A stretch of 64,000 nucleotides of DNA from positions 5,025 through 69,024 of the forward strand of contig CAJWCO010000010.1 of the NCBI GenBank assembly GCA_913031145.1, given 5' to 3'. The stretch's first letter is position 1; each line of letters starts with the position of its first letter. Under the pieces are notes generated by a model that saw nothing but the letters and a program-made list of their open reading frames with translations, was not told the DNA's origin and made no database searches. A program made the translations under genes and the position numbers. The stretch is from an uncultured Cellvibrionales bacterium. Its GTDB lineage: Bacteria > Pseudomonadota > Gammaproteobacteria > Pseudomonadales > Porticoccaceae. Shown piece after piece: positions 39,327 to 51,852 of the stretch.

Positions 39327-40715
39327 CTAATATTTGTAACTGTCAGCTTTGAACGGACCGTTCACAGGTACTTTAATATAGTCCGCTTGCGCCTGAGTTA
39401 ACTTTGTGATGACACCTCCAAAGCCCCGAACCATATGTGTAGCAACTTCTTCATCAAGATGTTTGGGAAGCACTTCGACTTTAAGCATCGCGGCCTGGGT
39501 AGCAGGATCTTGATCTGCATAACGCTTACCATATAAGTCCACTTGAGCGAGCACCTGGTTGGCAAAAGAGCCGTCCATAATTCGGCTGGGGTGACCGGTT
39601 GCGTTACCCAGATTGACTAGGCGGCCTTCTGCCAATAACAGCAAGTGATCGTTACTGTCTGCGCGATAGATTTTGTGCACCTGGGGTTTGATTTCTTCCC
39701 AACGCCAATTCTGACGCATGTATTCGGTATCAATTTCGTTGTCGAAATGGCCGATGTTACACACGACGCAACCCGATTTGAGCGCACTTAATACCTCGCT
39801 GTTACAAACATTGAAATTACCCGTGCTCGTTACGAGTAAGTCGGTTTGTGCCAAAAGGTTAGAGTCGACTCCTTTGTCGACACACCCATCAACATACGTT
39901 GATACCACTTCAAAACCGTCCATACATGCTTGCATTGCGCAGATGGGATCGATCTCGGTAATCTTTACAATCATTCCTTCTTGCCTGAGTGATTGCGCAG
40001 AGCCCTTGCCAACATCACCATAGCCGATAACCACCGCTTTCTTGCCCGCTAGAAGATGATCGGTCGCGCGTTTAATCGCGTCGTTCAAACTATGTCTGCA
40101 TCCGTATTTGTTGTCGTTCTTCGACTTGGTGACCGAATCGTTCACATTGATGGCTGGAATTTTTAACTCACCATTTTCAAGCATCTCGTACAGCCTCAAC
40201 ACACCTGTCGTGGTTTCCTCTGTAACACCGTGCACTGACTCAAGAACACTCGGGTATTTTTCGTGCAACATGGCCGTCAGGTCACCACCATCGTCAAGAA
40301 TCATGTTGGCGTTCCACGGCATGCCGTCTTTAAGGATCTGTTGCTCGAGGCACCATTCGTACTCTTCTTCGGTTTCACCTTTCCAGGCAAAGACTGGGGT
40401 ACCGTTTGCAGCAACGGCAGCAGCAGCGTGATCTTGTGTTGAAAAAATATTACAAGACGTCCATCGAACCTCGGCCCCTAGCGCTTCGAGTGTTTCGATC
40501 AATACAGCAGTTTGAATGGTCATATGTATACAGCCGAGAATCCGCGCGCCAGCGAGCGGTTGTTCGGCAGCGTATTTTTCGCTGAGCGCCGTCAACGCTG
40601 GCATCTCTGACTTGGCGATCGATATTTCTCGGCGCCCAAAGTCGGCTAATGTAATGTCTGCCACTTTGTAATCTGTTTGTGTTAATTTTTTAAGGGGTTG
40701 AATTTTGGCGTTCAT
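39327..40715 (-). CDS. ahcY: Adenosylhomocysteinase
   Basis: Track ORF trimmed to Met-22 ([10 protein letters not shown]...[17 protein letters not shown]), preceded by AAGGAC. NAD motif GYGDVGKG. About 462 aa. Confidence 0.95.
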   Translation of the reverse strand: MNAKIQPLKKLTQTDYKVADITLADFGRREISIAKSEMPALTALSEKYAAEQPLAGARILGCIHMTIQTAVLIETLEALGAEVRWTSCNIFSTQDHAAAAVAANGTPVFAWKGETEEEYEWCLEQQILKDGMPWNANMILDDGGDLTAMLHEKYPSVLESVHGVTEETTTGVLRLYEMLENGELKIPAINVNDSVTKSKNDNKYGCRHSLNDAIKRATDHLLAGKKAVVIGYGDVGKGSAQSLRQEGMIVKITEIDPICAMQACMDGFEVVSTYVDGCVDKGVDSNLLAQTDLLVTSTGNFNVCNSEVLSALKSGCVVCNIGHFDNEIDTEYMRQNWRWEEIKPQVHKIYRADSNDHLLLLAEGRLVNLGNATGHPSRIMDGSFANQVLAQVDLYGKRYADQDPATQAAMLKVEVLPKHLDEEVATHMVRGFGGVITKLTQAQADYIKVPVNGPFKADSYKY

Positions 40716-40777
40716 AAAATGTCCTTTTAAGGGTATGTCAGTGATGACTCTACGGTATATGTGATTTTTAAGATCCA

Positions 40778-41932
40778 CTAAAGCGCTTTTTTTAAACGGT
40801 CTACGCGATCAGTTTTTTCCCAGCTAAAGCCCTCTTGCTCGCGCCCGAAGTGCCCATACGCTGCCGTAGCACGGTATATCGGTTGGCGTAAGTTAAGCAT
40901 CTGTATGATTCCGCTAGGGCGTAGATCAAAGTTATCGCGAACTATTGCCGATATTTCATGGTTAGGCAATTTGCCTGTACCAAAGGTTTCAATGCTAATT
41001 GACGTGGGTTCGGACACCCCAATGGCATAAGAAATCTGAATTTCACAGCGATCCGCGAGTCCAGCGGCAACAATATTTTTCGCCACGTAACGCCCCGCGT
41101 AGGCGGCGGATCGGTCGACTTTCGTGGGATCTTTTCCTGAAAATGCACCGCCACCGTGGTGCGCCATGCCGCCATAAGTGTCAACAATAATTTTTCTGCC
41201 GGTCAGTCCACAATCGCCCATAGGGCCGCCAATGATGAACTGACCCGTTGGGTTAATGTGATATTGCGTGTTCGCGTGAAGCCACTCGGCGGGCAATACG
41301 TGGCCAATGATGTGTTCGCGGACATTAGCGTGTACTTCTTTAAGCGAAACCGACTCTGCATGCTGTGTTGACAATACGACCGCGTCGATCGCCACGGGCG
41401 CCCCGTCCACATAGCGCAGCGTGACCTGGCTTTTCGCGTCAGGGCGCAACCAAGGCAGCTGTCCATTTTTGCGCAGTTCAGCCTGTCGAGCCACCAAACG
41501 GTGTGCGAAGTAAATTGGAGCAGGCATTAGAACGTCGGTCTCATTGGTTGCATACCCAAACATCATCCCTTGATCACCCGCGCCAATATCCTTGTCATCC
41601 CCTGCGTCTACGCCAATCGCGATGTCGAGAGATTGCTTACCAATAGCATTCAGTACCGCACATGAATTTCCATCAAATCCCAAATCAGAGTGATTGTAGC
41701 CAATATCGGTAATCACCTGACGGACGATGCTTTCCAAATCGACGTAAGTATCGGTCCGCACTTCGCCTGCAATTACGGCCATACCGGTTTTGACCATGGT
41801 TTCAACCGCCACACGAGCATGCGGATCGTCTGTGATGATGGCGTCTAAAATTGCATCAGAGATTTGGTCGGCCATTTTGTCCGGATGACCTTCGGACACA
41901 GACTCGGACGTAAACACGTTATAACTCGACAT
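40778..41932 (-). CDS. metK: S-adenosylmethionine synthetase
   Basis: 384 aa. Motifs [19 protein letters not shown] and GGGAFSGKD. Confidence 0.97.
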   Translation of the reverse strand: MSSYNVFTSESVSEGHPDKMADQISDAILDAIITDDPHARVAVETMVKTGMAVIAGEVRTDTYVDLESIVRQVITDIGYNHSDLGFDGNSCAVLNAIGKQSLDIAIGVDAGDDKDIGAGDQGMMFGYATNETDVLMPAPIYFAHRLVARQAELRKNGQLPWLRPDAKSQVTLRYVDGAPVAIDAVVLSTQHAESVSLKEVHANVREHIIGHVLPAEWLHANTQYHINPTGQFIIGGPMGDCGLTGRKIIVDTYGGMAHHGGGAFSGKDPTKVDRSAAYAGRYVAKNIVAAGLADRCEIQISYAIGVSEPTSISIETFGTGKLPNHEISAIVRDNFDLRPSGIIQMLNLRQPIYRATAAYGHFGREQEGFSWEKTDRVDRLKKAL

Positions 41933-41933
41933 C

Positions 41934-42968
41934 TTACTTCCTTAGATTTTTTGTGGGGTTGTCTGGTTCAGTGTTACTGTGTGTGAGAGCGGGCTTTATA
42001 AAATGTCGCAATTGTACCCGAAAGCCGTTTCGTTGCGCGAGGTACAGACTGGCACCTACCGTTAAACCCGCATCCCTTGTCCATTGGCTTATTTCGGCGG
42101 GGTCAAATCCGAGCCACAGATCGCCGCAGTTAAGTTTAGCCCACTCTTGGTTGTGTGAGCACAGGTCGGTGACCAACAGAACACCACCTGGTGCGAGTAA
42201 TGCGGCACAATCGCTGATTATTTGGTACGGAGACGGATTGTGATGTAACACCATATTGAGTGAAACGCAGTTGACTTGCATCTTTCTTTTAAGCGCAAGT
42301 GTCGTGTCACCGACAATAAATTCGATGTTACGTAAATCTTGTGTCTTTGCGCTTTGTAGGCACTGTTCAAGCATTTCAGAGGAGCTGTCAAGCGCTATGA
42401 CTTGCTCAAAGGTCATCGACAGTTTCTTCAGGAATTGTCCGTAACCTGGGCCAACCTCTAAAACAGAGTCCGTTTGAGTGTGGTTTTCCTCTAATAAATG
42501 TTCCACCGCTTCGCCATAACCAGACCAGCCAGCAATCAGATCTTGGTTGGCTTCAAACCTCTTGGCATTGGCATTAAAAAAACTGATCGACGCGTTCGTT
42601 CGTTGGTTATTAACCAACTTTAACCTGTCTAGCAGCGAGTGATCGATTGTCGCGTGATCCAGGCACCTAAACAATGTGGTTTGCATCGACTTAACGTCCG
42701 ATTCGGGATTATTCAGAGTGCGTCGGTAATAAATCGTGGTGCCCTCTCGCCGTTTTGTGACAAGGCCAGCGTCAAATAAGATTTTTAAATGGTGACTCAT
42801 TGCCGATTGGCGAATTCGAAATACATCACAGAGTTCGAGAACACCAAAAGAATTTTGCTGCAGTACCCGCAATATTTGCGCTCGCAAGGGGTCTCCTGCC
42901 GCTTTGCAAACAGCAGTGATTGCCACCAAAGAGTTCGTGGAGGATTTACATGCTACGACGCTCTTCAT
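41934..42968 (-). CDS. sahR: ArsR-family HTH fused to a SAM-methyltransferase-like domain (SahR-type regulator)
   Basis: 344 aa. ArsR wHTH (LRAQILRVL...[25 protein letters not shown]) plus MTase motif I (VLEVGPGYG). Sits 1 nt upstream of metK-ahcY-metF. Confidence 0.7.
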   Translation of the reverse strand: MKSVVACKSSTNSLVAITAVCKAAGDPLRAQILRVLQQNSFGVLELCDVFRIRQSAMSHHLKILFDAGLVTKRREGTTIYYRRTLNNPESDVKSMQTTLFRCLDHATIDHSLLDRLKLVNNQRTNASISFFNANAKRFEANQDLIAGWSGYGEAVEHLLEENHTQTDSVLEVGPGYGQFLKKLSMTFEQVIALDSSSEMLEQCLQSAKTQDLRNIEFIVGDTTLALKRKMQVNCVSLNMVLHHNPSPYQIISDCAALLAPGGVLLVTDLCSHNQEWAKLNCGDLWLGFDPAEISQWTRDAGLTVGASLYLAQRNGFRVQLRHFIKPALTHSNTEPDNPTKNLRK

Positions 42969-42995
42969 TTACTTATTTTATCATGCGGCGATGAT

Positions 42996-43015
42996 ATATC
43001 AAAATATTTCTATAT
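42996..43015. promoter_or_regulatory. Candidate SahR operator (ATATCAAAAT|ATTTCTATAT, 8/10 inverted repeat)
   Basis: Located 28 nt upstream of the sahR ATG in the sahR/tktA divergent spacer. Its register was checked against track ORF 42789..43025. Confidence 0.3.
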
Positions 43016-43143
43016 AAAAAGATGATTAAGTAAATTGGGTGTGTGCGGAATACGTGTGCGTAATCACTGTGATTACAGGTTTACTGAAAAGGCTGTCTGC
43101 GAGACAATGATTGATTATTCTTATCCAATCGGAGTTTTTGTTT

Positions 43144-45138
43144 ATGGCCTCTCGAAGAGATCTCGCTAACGCTATTAGAGCACTCAGTATGGACGCTGTC
43201 CAGCAGGCCAATAGTGGTCACCCAGGGGCCCCTATGGGGATGGCGGACATAGCTGAAGTCTTGTGGAATGATTATTTAAAGCACAATCCTCAGGATCCGC
43301 AATGGCCGAACCGAGATCGTTTCGTCTTGTCCAACGGGCATGGCTCTATGCTTTTGTACTCGTTGTTGCATCTTAGTGGCTATGATTTGCCGATTGAGGA
43401 GCTGAAAAATTTTCGTCAGCTGCACTCGAAAACACCTGGGCATCCTGAGTATGGTTATGCCCCAGGCGTAGAAACGACAACGGGTCCACTTGGGCAGGGG
43501 CTTGCGAACGCAGTGGGCATGGCCCTCGCGGAAAAAACTCTAGCGGCTCAGTTTAACCGCCCCGCACACAACCTTGTTGATCATCACACTTTCGTTTTTT
43601 TGGGCGATGGGTGTCTGATGGAGGGTATTTCTCACGAAGTTTGTTCGCTTGCAGGCACATTGGGTTTGGGAAAACTAATAGCGGTCTACGACGACAATGG
43701 TATTTCAATTGACGGCGAAGTGGCCGGTTGGTTCAGTGATGACACCCCCACACGTTTCGCTGCTTATGGCTGGCAGGTAATACCCGATATCGATGGCCAC
43801 GACAGTGGCGCTGTGAGCGCGGCATTTGCGTCTGCTCGAGACAATGTTGATCAACCGACGTTAGTCTGTTGTAAGACGATTATTGGCTTTGGAGCACCGA
43901 ACAAGCAGGGTAAAGAGGACTGCCATGGTGCACCCTTGGGCCAAGAAGAGATCACTTTGGCGCGCGAGCAGCTGGGCTGGTCGCATGCGGCATTTGAGAT
44001 TCCGCAGACGCATTATGCCGAGTGGAATGCTAAGGACCGCGGCGCAAGAGCGCAATCCGAGTGGATGGAAACGTTGCACGCCTATCGAAAAGCCTATCCT
44101 GAATTAGCGGCCGAATTTGAGCGGCGCATGGCGGGTCAGTTACCTGACAATTTTGGAACGGAAGCGGATGCTTACATCGCTGCCTGTCAGTCGGGGATGG
44201 AAAAGATGGCGTCACGCAAAGCGTCGCAAAATAGTTTGAATGCTTACGGACCCCTATTGCCGGAATTGATCGGCGGGTCTGCAGACCTTGCCGGCTCTAA
44301 TTTAACCATTTGGTCAGGTGCGCAGCCTATTAGTGCCGACGACGCCAGCGGTAACTACATTTATTATGGAGTTCGAGAATTCGGTATGAGCGCGATTATG
44401 AACGGTATTGCACTGCATGGTGGTTTTGTGAATTACGGTGCGACCTTTTTGATGTTCATGGAGTATGCACGCAATGCGGTGCGTATGGCGTCGCTGATGA
44501 AATTGCCGTGTATTTTTGTTTACACCCATGACTCGATCGGATTAGGCGAAGATGGCCCGACACATCAGCCAGTTGAACAGCTCAGTGCGTTGCGGGCAAC
44601 GCCAAACATGCATACTTGGCGACCGTGCGATACGGTTGAGTCGGCGGTGAGTTGGAAGAGCGCCATCCAACGCGCTGACGGCCCTAGCGCCTTAATTTTT
44701 AGCCGTCAAGGTTTGGCACCTATGCCGCGGAACTCAGATCAGGTCAGATTAATTGAGCGGGGCGGTTATATTCTTTGTGATTGTGAATCGCCCGAGGCGA
44801 TTGTTATAGCCACAGGCTCTGAAGTCGAATTGGCTGTGCGAGCGGCTCAGCAGTTAGCGCAGCGCAACGTTCGTGTGCGTGTCGTGTCCATGCCGTGCGC
44901 TGAATTATTCGACGCACAAGATGCATCTTATCGCGAACAAGTACTACCAAGTTCAGTGCGCGCTCGCGTAGCAGTCGAAGCGTTACATGCGGACTATTGG
45001 AGTCGTTATGTGGGGCTCGACGGTCGGGTGGTCGGTATGCGCAGTTTTGGTGAGTCAGCGCCGGGTGGAGAATTGATGCAAACGTTTGGCTTCACCGTGG
45101 AAAACGTAGTGGACAACCTGCTTGAGGTTATTACTTAG
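43144..45138 (+). CDS. tktA: Transketolase
   Basis: Track ORF trimmed to Met-12 ([28 protein letters not shown]), with GGAG 9 nt upstream. 664 aa. Confidence 0.96.
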   Translation: MASRRDLANAIRALSMDAVQQANSGHPGAPMGMADIAEVLWNDYLKHNPQDPQWPNRDRFVLSNGHGSMLLYSLLHLSGYDLPIEELKNFRQLHSKTPGHPEYGYAPGVETTTGPLGQGLANAVGMALAEKTLAAQFNRPAHNLVDHHTFVFLGDGCLMEGISHEVCSLAGTLGLGKLIAVYDDNGISIDGEVAGWFSDDTPTRFAAYGWQVIPDIDGHDSGAVSAAFASARDNVDQPTLVCCKTIIGFGAPNKQGKEDCHGAPLGQEEITLAREQLGWSHAAFEIPQTHYAEWNAKDRGARAQSEWMETLHAYRKAYPELAAEFERRMAGQLPDNFGTEADAYIAACQSGMEKMASRKASQNSLNAYGPLLPELIGGSADLAGSNLTIWSGAQPISADDASGNYIYYGVREFGMSAIMNGIALHGGFVNYGATFLMFMEYARNAVRMASLMKLPCIFVYTHDSIGLGEDGPTHQPVEQLSALRATPNMHTWRPCDTVESAVSWKSAIQRADGPSALIFSRQGLAPMPRNSDQVRLIERGGYILCDCESPEAIVIATGSEVELAVRAAQQLAQRNVRVRVVSMPCAELFDAQDASYREQVLPSSVRARVAVEALHADYWSRYVGLDGRVVGMRSFGESAPGGELMQTFGFTVENVVDNLLEVIT

Positions 45139-46184
45139 TGGTGCGAGTCGCTATTAATGGTTATGGGCGTATTGGGCGGTCAGTACTTCGCGCTCTCTAC
45201 GAGTCGGGTGCTCGCCGCGATGTTCAACTGGTAGCCATTAATGAACTTGCCGATGCCTTGACAATGGTGCACCTGACACGATATGACTCGACGCATGGCA
45301 GGTTCCCGGGTCACGTTGACTTAAAAAATGGGTGTTTACACATTAATGGGGATCCCATACAGCTGTATTCGACGGGAGAGATAGAGCAGTTACCCTGGAA
45401 AGATCTCGGGATCGACGCAGTTTTAGAGTGTAGTGGTGCTTTTAGTGATCGAGTGACCGCTGAGAAGCATTTGCAAAGTGGCGCGAAACGCATACTGTTC
45501 TCACAACCCGCGGAATCTAATATTGATGCGACGGTTGTTTTTGGCGTCAATCACGGTGATCTAGAAGGCCATGAGCGTATTATTTCGAGTGCATCTTGCA
45601 CAACCAACGCAGTAGTCCCCGTGATAAAAATCCTCGATGAAGCGTTTGGAATTGACGGAGGTGCGATCACGACGATTCATTCGGCCATGAACGACCAACC
45701 TGTCATAGACGCCTTTCACCATACAGATTTAAGGAAAACACGAGCAGCGATGCAGTCCATTATCCCTGTTGATACGGGTTTATCGCGCGGTATTGATCGC
45801 CTTTTGCCTCATCTTACCGGATGTTTCGAGGCGCAAGCTATGCGAGTGCCAACGATCAACGTTTCAGTGATTGACTTAGCGGTGATGTTAAGGACTCCGG
45901 TTACTGTGCAAGCGGTTAACCGTTGTTTAGAGAATGCGGCCACTCATTCTTTAAGTGGCATTTTGGGATATACCGATGAGCCGTTAGCTTCATGCGATTT
46001 TAATCATGACCCTCGTAGCGGGATTGTTGATGCGAGTCAAACGCGCGTTAGTCAGGCGACGCTCGCTAAGGTACTGATTTGGTTTGACAATGAATGGGGT
46101 TATGCCAATCGTATGGTGGATACGTTGCTGTGCTGGTTTGAACTCCCTCCCCTTACACGCCAAGAGGCTAACATCAATTCATGA
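45138..46184 (+). CDS. epd: Erythrose-4-phosphate dehydrogenase (GapA-like)
   Basis: 348 aa, near-collinear with E. coli Epd ([42 protein letters not shown]). GTG start overlaps the tkt stop. Confidence 0.85.
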   Translation: MVRVAINGYGRIGRSVLRALYESGARRDVQLVAINELADALTMVHLTRYDSTHGRFPGHVDLKNGCLHINGDPIQLYSTGEIEQLPWKDLGIDAVLECSGAFSDRVTAEKHLQSGAKRILFSQPAESNIDATVVFGVNHGDLEGHERIISSASCTTNAVVPVIKILDEAFGIDGGAITTIHSAMNDQPVIDAFHHTDLRKTRAAMQSIIPVDTGLSRGIDRLLPHLTGCFEAQAMRVPTINVSVIDLAVMLRTPVTVQAVNRCLENAATHSLSGILGYTDEPLASCDFNHDPRSGIVDASQTRVSQATLAKVLIWFDNEWGYANRMVDTLLCWFELPPLTRQEANINS

Positions 46185-47341
46185 CGCCGATATTAATGAC
46201 TTCCCTCAATCTTTTATCAAAGCGCGTACTGATCCGCGAGGATTTAAATGTGCCCTTGAAAGATGGTGAGGTGAGCAGTGATGCGCGGATTTCAGCAGCC
46301 TTACCAACATTAAGACATGCTGCCGATGCGGGCGCTGCGGTGATGGTTATGTCTCATTTGGGGAGGCCGGTGGAAGGTCAGTTTGACGCGCACTATTCTT
46401 TAAAACCGGTAGTCCGTCGCCTGAGCCAACTATTGGGTCAGCCCGTTCGCCTGATCGAAAACTGGCAAGCGGGTGTAACGGTTCAATTGGGCGAAATTGT
46501 TGTGCTCGAAAACGTCCGCTTCAACCATGGGGAGACGGCCAATGATGATTCACTGGCTAAGGCTTATGCGGCGTTGTGCGACATTTTTGTGATGGATGCA
46601 TTTGGTTCGGCCCACCGCGCACAGGCTTCGACCCATGGCGTTGCTGTTCACGCGCCAGTTGCATGCGCAGGGCCCTTATTGGCGGCGGAATTAGATGCCC
46701 TTGGTCGGGCGTTAGCGAATCCTCAGCCGCCTATTGCTGCAATTGTCGGTGGATCAAAAGTCTCTAGTAAGTTATTGGTATTGGAAAAACTTGCAGATCG
46801 TGTCGATCAGTTAATTGTCGGAGGGGGTATTGCGAATACTTTTTTGGCTGCCAGTGGTAAGCCTGTAGGGCGTTCGCTCTATGAAGCCGATTTAATGCCG
46901 GCTGCCCGCGCCCTGATGCAGAAAGTCAATATTCCCTTGCCTATCGATGTCGTCGTGGGAGACGCTTTTTCAAGTGAAGCCAAGGCAATCATCAAGTCGG
47001 TAGATCATGTGCAGCCGGACGATATGATTTTTGATATTGGACCCAAGTCGGCACAGGTTCTGGTGGATATGATTGGCACTATGGGGACGATGATATGGAA
47101 CGGCCCCGTTGGGGTATTTGAATTCGAGCAATTTGCCAATGGTACACAAGCTGTGGGAAATGCTATCGCAAACAGTTCAGGGTTTTCACTTGCCGGAGGT
47201 GGCGATACTCTGGCGGCAATAGAAAAGTATCGTCTCGCGGCAAAAATGTCCTATATTTCTACTGGCGGCGGAGCGTTTTTAGAATATGTGGAGGGCAAAG
47301 TCCTACCTGCTTTGGATGTTCTCGTAAAACGGGCTACCTAA
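46181..47341 (+). CDS. pgk: Phosphoglycerate kinase
   Basis: 386 aa. Motifs [17 protein letters not shown]-like [10 protein letters not shown] and STGGGA. Confidence 0.96.
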   Translation: MTPILMTSLNLLSKRVLIREDLNVPLKDGEVSSDARISAALPTLRHAADAGAAVMVMSHLGRPVEGQFDAHYSLKPVVRRLSQLLGQPVRLIENWQAGVTVQLGEIVVLENVRFNHGETANDDSLAKAYAALCDIFVMDAFGSAHRAQASTHGVAVHAPVACAGPLLAAELDALGRALANPQPPIAAIVGGSKVSSKLLVLEKLADRVDQLIVGGGIANTFLAASGKPVGRSLYEADLMPAARALMQKVNIPLPIDVVVGDAFSSEAKAIIKSVDHVQPDDMIFDIGPKSAQVLVDMIGTMGTMIWNGPVGVFEFEQFANGTQAVGNAIANSSGFSLAGGGDTLAAIEKYRLAAKMSYISTGGGAFLEYVEGKVLPALDVLVKRAT

Positions 47342-47378
47342 ATTTGCTATAAACTTAAAAATTGAAAGGAATCAATTT

Positions 47379-48419
47379 ATGGCACTTATCTCAATGCGAC
47401 AATTGCTTGATCATGCGGCCGAGCACGATTACGGTGTGCCAGCTTTTAATGTCAATAATCTAGAACAAATGCGTGCGATCATGCTCGCGGCAGATCATAC
47501 GGACAGTCCGGTGATTATGCAGGCTTCTGCAGGTGCTAGGGCATATGCGGGTTCGCGCTTTTTAACGCATTTGATACAAGCGGCGATTGAAGAATGGCCG
47601 CATATTCCTATCTGTATGCATCAGGACCACGGGACCAGTCCGGCGGTTTGCCAACGCTCGATACAATTGGGGTTTTCATCTGTCATGATGGACGGTTCAC
47701 TGGAAGAAGATGGAAAGACGCCTTCGAGCTATGCCTACAATGTTGCTGTGACACGCGCAGCTGTTGAAATGGCGCATGCCTGTGGGGTATCAGTGGAGGG
47801 TGAGTTGGGCTGTCTGGGTTCTTTAGAAACAGGCGAGGCCAGCGAAGAAGATGGCGTGGGTGCGGTAGGAACTTTGTCGATTACTCAAATGCTCACTGAC
47901 CCAGAAGAAGCCGCGGATTTTGTCAATAAAACCGGCGTTGACGCTTTAGCCATTGCCTGCGGTACGTCGCATGGCGCCTACAAATTTAGCCGTCCGCCCA
48001 CCGACGATATACTGGCCGTAGACAGGATTAAAGAGATTCATCGACGCATACCCAATACTCATCTGGTCATGCACGGCTCGTCTTCTGTACCCCAAGATTG
48101 GTTGGCGGTAATTAACCAGTTTGGAGGCAATATTCCAGAAACGTACGGGGTGCCAGTCGAACAAATATGCGAGGGTATTAAACACGGCGTGCGTAAAATA
48201 AACATTGATACTGATCTTAGGCTTGCCTCCACTGGGGCGATACGGCGTTTTATGGCTGAAAACCCGGCCGACTCTGATCCTCGCGGCTATTTAAAAGCGA
48301 CAATTACCGTGATGCGGTCGATCTGTTCATCTCGCTATGTATCTTTTGGCGCGGCTGGCTGGGCACACAGTATTCGTGCGTTGTCACTAGAGGCCATGAC
48401 GCTTCGCTATCTAAATTAG
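47379..48419 (+). CDS. fba: Class II fructose-1,6-bisphosphate aldolase
   Basis: 346 aa. Motifs [18 protein letters not shown] and HGSS. Terminal gene of the tkt-epd-pgk-fba cluster. Confidence 0.93.
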   Translation: MALISMRQLLDHAAEHDYGVPAFNVNNLEQMRAIMLAADHTDSPVIMQASAGARAYAGSRFLTHLIQAAIEEWPHIPICMHQDHGTSPAVCQRSIQLGFSSVMMDGSLEEDGKTPSSYAYNVAVTRAAVEMAHACGVSVEGELGCLGSLETGEASEEDGVGAVGTLSITQMLTDPEEAADFVNKTGVDALAIACGTSHGAYKFSRPPTDDILAVDRIKEIHRRIPNTHLVMHGSSSVPQDWLAVINQFGGNIPETYGVPVEQICEGIKHGVRKINIDTDLRLASTGAIRRFMAENPADSDPRGYLKATITVMRSICSSRYVSFGAAGWAHSIRALSLEAMTLRYLN

Positions 48420-48469
48420 CGCGATTAAGCCCGTCGCACTGTGCACCATGACGCAGCCTGGCGTGTCGG

Positions 48470-49396
48470 TTAGTGATGACGCTCGGCCGGACAACTCAAT
48501 TTTTGTACCTCTTGATAGAGAAACTGGGTGAGTTCACGTCGATTACCTATCGTTTCTAAGTGTCCCCAACTATGTGGATCTCCGATGGTGCTATAAATGG
48601 GCTGGTTGAATCTTTTAGTGATTTCGCTCATGAGTGCGGCGGAGCGCAGTGCCTCTGAAAAGTGAGAGGCGATGTGAAAAAGGCGGGTATTTTGACCGCT
48701 AAAATAGACAGGCACGACGGTTGCTTGGGCGTCGCGAATGGTTTTTGCGGCAAAGGTTGTCCAAGGCGCTTCTACTACGCGGCCGAACCCCCAGTGATTG
48801 GCGGTAGCGACAAACCCAGATGGAAAGATTAATAGCGGCACACCGTCGAGTAATGCCTCTGTTGCGATGCGCTTGGAGCGGATGTTGTTCTTAACGGCAT
48901 CTTTTGTTTCGCTAAAGTCGATAGGTAAAAAATATTGAGCGAGATCACTGTCTTGACAGAGCATAGAATGAATCATAATTCGAAAATCACCGCGAAGTCG
49001 TACCGCTAAATCACAGAGAGCGAGGCCATCAATAACCCCAAAAGGATGGTTGGCAACGAAGACTAAAGGGCCACCCTGCGGGAGGCGCTGCAATTTTTGT
49101 TGGTCGAATTGATGGTCTATGTTGGCAATTTTAAACGCGTCTGATAAGAAGCTCTCAATAGAAAAGGGACGCTCCTTGACTTGTTTATAAATGGCCTCTA
49201 TCTGCAAACGACCAAAAAAGCGCTCAGCTAATTCAAGTGCCCAGCGAACGTGCCACGATTGCTCCGATCGGACTAATGAGAGTAAAGGGGTGTCCGTGAC
49301 ATAATCGACCACGGCAGTTTTTGCTTCGAATTCCGTCATATTGGTTGTATTGTAGGGGTGATGAATGTTGTAAGGGAAGTAGTTATTGGTGATCAC
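48470..49396 (-). CDS. PlsC/LPLAT-family acyltransferase (HX4D motif)
   Basis: 308 aa. Motifs NHPFGVIDG (HX4D) and FPSG. The true start may be the internal ATG at 49339. Confidence 0.65.
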   Translation of the reverse strand: MITNNYFPYNIHHPYNTTNMTEFEAKTAVVDYVTDTPLLSLVRSEQSWHVRWALELAERFFGRLQIEAIYKQVKERPFSIESFLSDAFKIANIDHQFDQQKLQRLPQGGPLVFVANHPFGVIDGLALCDLAVRLRGDFRIMIHSMLCQDSDLAQYFLPIDFSETKDAVKNNIRSKRIATEALLDGVPLLIFPSGFVATANHWGFGRVVEAPWTTFAAKTIRDAQATVVPVYFSGQNTRLFHIASHFSEALRSAALMSEITKRFNQPIYSTIGDPHSWGHLETIGNRRELTQFLYQEVQKLSCPAERHH

Positions 49397-49456
49397 ATCG
49401 CGTTCGGTGCCAAAATGCTAAGGCCCTTCCAGACCTTTCAGGTAAGTACAAAAAGT

Positions 49457-51598
49457 TTATGCTTGTGCGTATTGATCACTGTCACCTAGCCAGCGCTCAA
49501 TTAATGCGGTGACTGTTTCGGGATGCTGTTCCATGATGTGGTGGGCAGTCTCTTTTATTTCTGGAAGTAAGTGCCCATCGCGCTGTAAGTCGGCAATCCT
49601 CAGAACCATATCGCCCGTTTGTCGGGTTCCAAGCACTTCGCCAGGACCACGCAGTTGCAAATCTTTTTCAGCAATTTTAAAACCATCGTTCGTTTCCCGC
49701 ATGATCTTTAAACGTTCGCTACCAACGCTTGATAAGGGAGGGCTGTACAAGAGTACGCAGTGACTCTGTTGGTCACCTCGGCCTACGCGACCCCGTAATT
49801 GGTGTAACTGCGATAAACCCAAGCGTTCGGCATTTTCAATGATCATCAAGCTGGCATTTGGAACATCGACCCCAACTTCGATGACGGTGGTCGCTACCAA
49901 CAAGTGAATATTGCCTGCTTTAAATTGCGCCATGACATCGATTTTTTCACGGGCTTTAAGACGACCATGCACAAGCCCAATAGAAAGTTCTGGAATGAGC
50001 AGTTGTAATTCGCTAGCGGTGACTTCTGCCGCTTGTGCCTCTAAGACGTCAGACTCTTCGATTAAGGTACACACCCAGTAGGCTTGCCGACCAGCAATAC
50101 AGGCTTGTCGGACACGATTAACAATATCGTTGCGGCGCACGTTGCTGAGAACGAGCGTTTCAACGGGTTCTCGACCCGGCGGCAGTTCATCGATAATTGA
50201 ACAATCTAAATCGGCATAAGCGCTCATCGCCAGTGTGCGTGGAATGGGTGTTGCCGTCATGATTAGCTGATGAGGCAAGTCACTCATGGCATTTTGTCCA
50301 TCGGACGCGATGTGCCCTTTTCGACGAAAGGCGAGTCGCTGATGGACGCCAAAACGGTGTTGTTCGTCTACAATTGTGAGCGCTAAACTATTAAATTCGA
50401 CGCCGTCTTGGAACAGCGCGTGGGTTCCTATAACCATTTTCGCCTCACCACTTGCTATCGCTTCAAGTTGCACATTGCGCGCCTTGCCCTTTATTTTTCC
50501 CGTCAGCCACGCAACGCGAATACCCAACGGTCTAAACCACCCCTCGAAGTTGATCCGATGTTGTTCGGACAGGATTTCTGTCGGGGCCATCAAAGCCGCT
50601 TGATAGCCATTGGCAATGGTTTGAATCGCCGCAAGTGCAGCGACCACGGTTTTACCAGAACCGACATCACCCTGAACGAGCCGAAGCATTGGCACTGTCT
50701 GGTTAATATCGGTATAAATTTCCGTACCGACTCGGTACTGTGCTGCAGTTAACGCAAACGGCAATTGGGCAAGAAGGCGTTTTTCTTGATCAGGATAAAA
50801 AGCGAGTTGGGTTGCGGGGTGTTGCTGTATTTGGCGCCTTAATCGCAATAAACTTAGGTGGTGAGCGAGTAGTTCTTCAAGCGCAAGGCGCTGTTGCGCT
50901 GGATGCTCGCCGGCCGCTAGCAAATTTAACGGAGCATCGACAGGTGGCTGATGAAGGAGTTGCAATGCTTCGCTAAGTGAGTATGGTTGGTGTGACGCGC
51001 GTGGCAATAATTCCCGTAATCCTCCGGTGCGGAGGCGCTCCAGAGCCTGATGGCACAAAGCTCGCATTCGCACCTGTGTGATACCCTCGCTAATTGAGTA
51101 AATGGGCGTTAATGTGGCCTCCACAGGGGGCGGATTTTGGCTGTCAATAACGCGGTATTCTGGGTGATAAAGTTCTGCCCCTGTTGTACCACGGCGGATT
51201 TCCCCAAAGCAGCGAATAGCGACGCCTGAGGCGAGTTGTTCCTGTTGTGCACGATTAAAGTGAAAAAAACGTAGGCTGATAATGCCGCTGTCATCTTGTA
51301 ACCGGCAAACCAGGCTTCTACGACGCCCGAAGACAACGTCACTCGCTTTGATCACGCCCTCTATGACGGCACTTGTAAAGGGTTGTAGCCCTCCAATAGG
51401 CGAAATCTTCGTTTTATCGACATAGCGTATTGGCAGATGAAATAGCAGGTCTTGTAGCGTTCTAAAGCCCATTTTGGAAAGCTTTTTCGCTTGTTGGGGG
51501 CCAATACCTCGCAACTCTCGAACACTCACTTGCTCTAAAAACGGTTGCTTGGGGAGCGAGGGTGTATTGTTCATGGGAGCGCCGGTCTTTTCGAGCAC
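49457..51598 (-). CDS. recG: ATP-dependent DNA helicase RecG
   Basis: 713 aa (GTG start; alternative ATG at 51574). Wedge domain plus SF2 motifs (GDVGSGKT, DEQHRFG, QLRGRVGRG). Confidence 0.95.
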   Translation of the reverse strand: MLEKTGAPMNNTPSLPKQPFLEQVSVRELRGIGPQQAKKLSKMGFRTLQDLLFHLPIRYVDKTKISPIGGLQPFTSAVIEGVIKASDVVFGRRRSLVCRLQDDSGIISLRFFHFNRAQQEQLASGVAIRCFGEIRRGTTGAELYHPEYRVIDSQNPPPVEATLTPIYSISEGITQVRMRALCHQALERLRTGGLRELLPRASHQPYSLSEALQLLHQPPVDAPLNLLAAGEHPAQQRLALEELLAHHLSLLRLRRQIQQHPATQLAFYPDQEKRLLAQLPFALTAAQYRVGTEIYTDINQTVPMLRLVQGDVGSGKTVVAALAAIQTIANGYQAALMAPTEILSEQHRINFEGWFRPLGIRVAWLTGKIKGKARNVQLEAIASGEAKMVIGTHALFQDGVEFNSLALTIVDEQHRFGVHQRLAFRRKGHIASDGQNAMSDLPHQLIMTATPIPRTLAMSAYADLDCSIIDELPPGREPVETLVLSNVRRNDIVNRVRQACIAGRQAYWVCTLIEESDVLEAQAAEVTASELQLLIPELSIGLVHGRLKAREKIDVMAQFKAGNIHLLVATTVIEVGVDVPNASLMIIENAERLGLSQLHQLRGRVGRGDQQSHCVLLYSPPLSSVGSERLKIMRETNDGFKIAEKDLQLRGPGEVLGTRQTGDMVLRIADLQRDGHLLPEIKETAHHIMEQHPETVTALIERWLGDSDQYAQA

Positions 51599-51852
51599 GC
51601 GATGTGAGGGGGCGAATGTAAGACTGACGTCAACCGATTACGGGGCTGTGCTGCTTTAGAATGTCGTCTTTGATAGGCGCCGAGTCTCGTATCCATTGAG
51701 ATATCACGAAAACAGCAGAGAAAAAATCGCAAAATTATAGAAGCCTCGTTATCAGTGCAAGCGCCTTAAAACAGCCGCTTGCATTGAGATCATAAGTCGT
51801 TCCTAATCACTCTTGCGATGATAGCGAATTAACGAGAACTAAGGAACGTCGA

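Noticed and set aside
40716-40777. Possible SAH riboswitch upstream of ahcY
   Set aside because: Only 62 nt separate the metK stop from the ahcY ATG. I see none of the conserved SAH-element core or pseudoknot sequences, just an RBS (AAGGAC).
51599-51852. 7-bp hairpin (GCAAGCG-N12-CGCTTGC, ~51757-51782) and a repeated 9-mer CATTGAGAT in the recG/SDR divergent spacer
   Set aside because: The hairpin has no U-tract and lies between two divergent starts. A single 9-mer repeat in a 254-bp region has roughly a 10% chance expectation, which is not enough to call a site.
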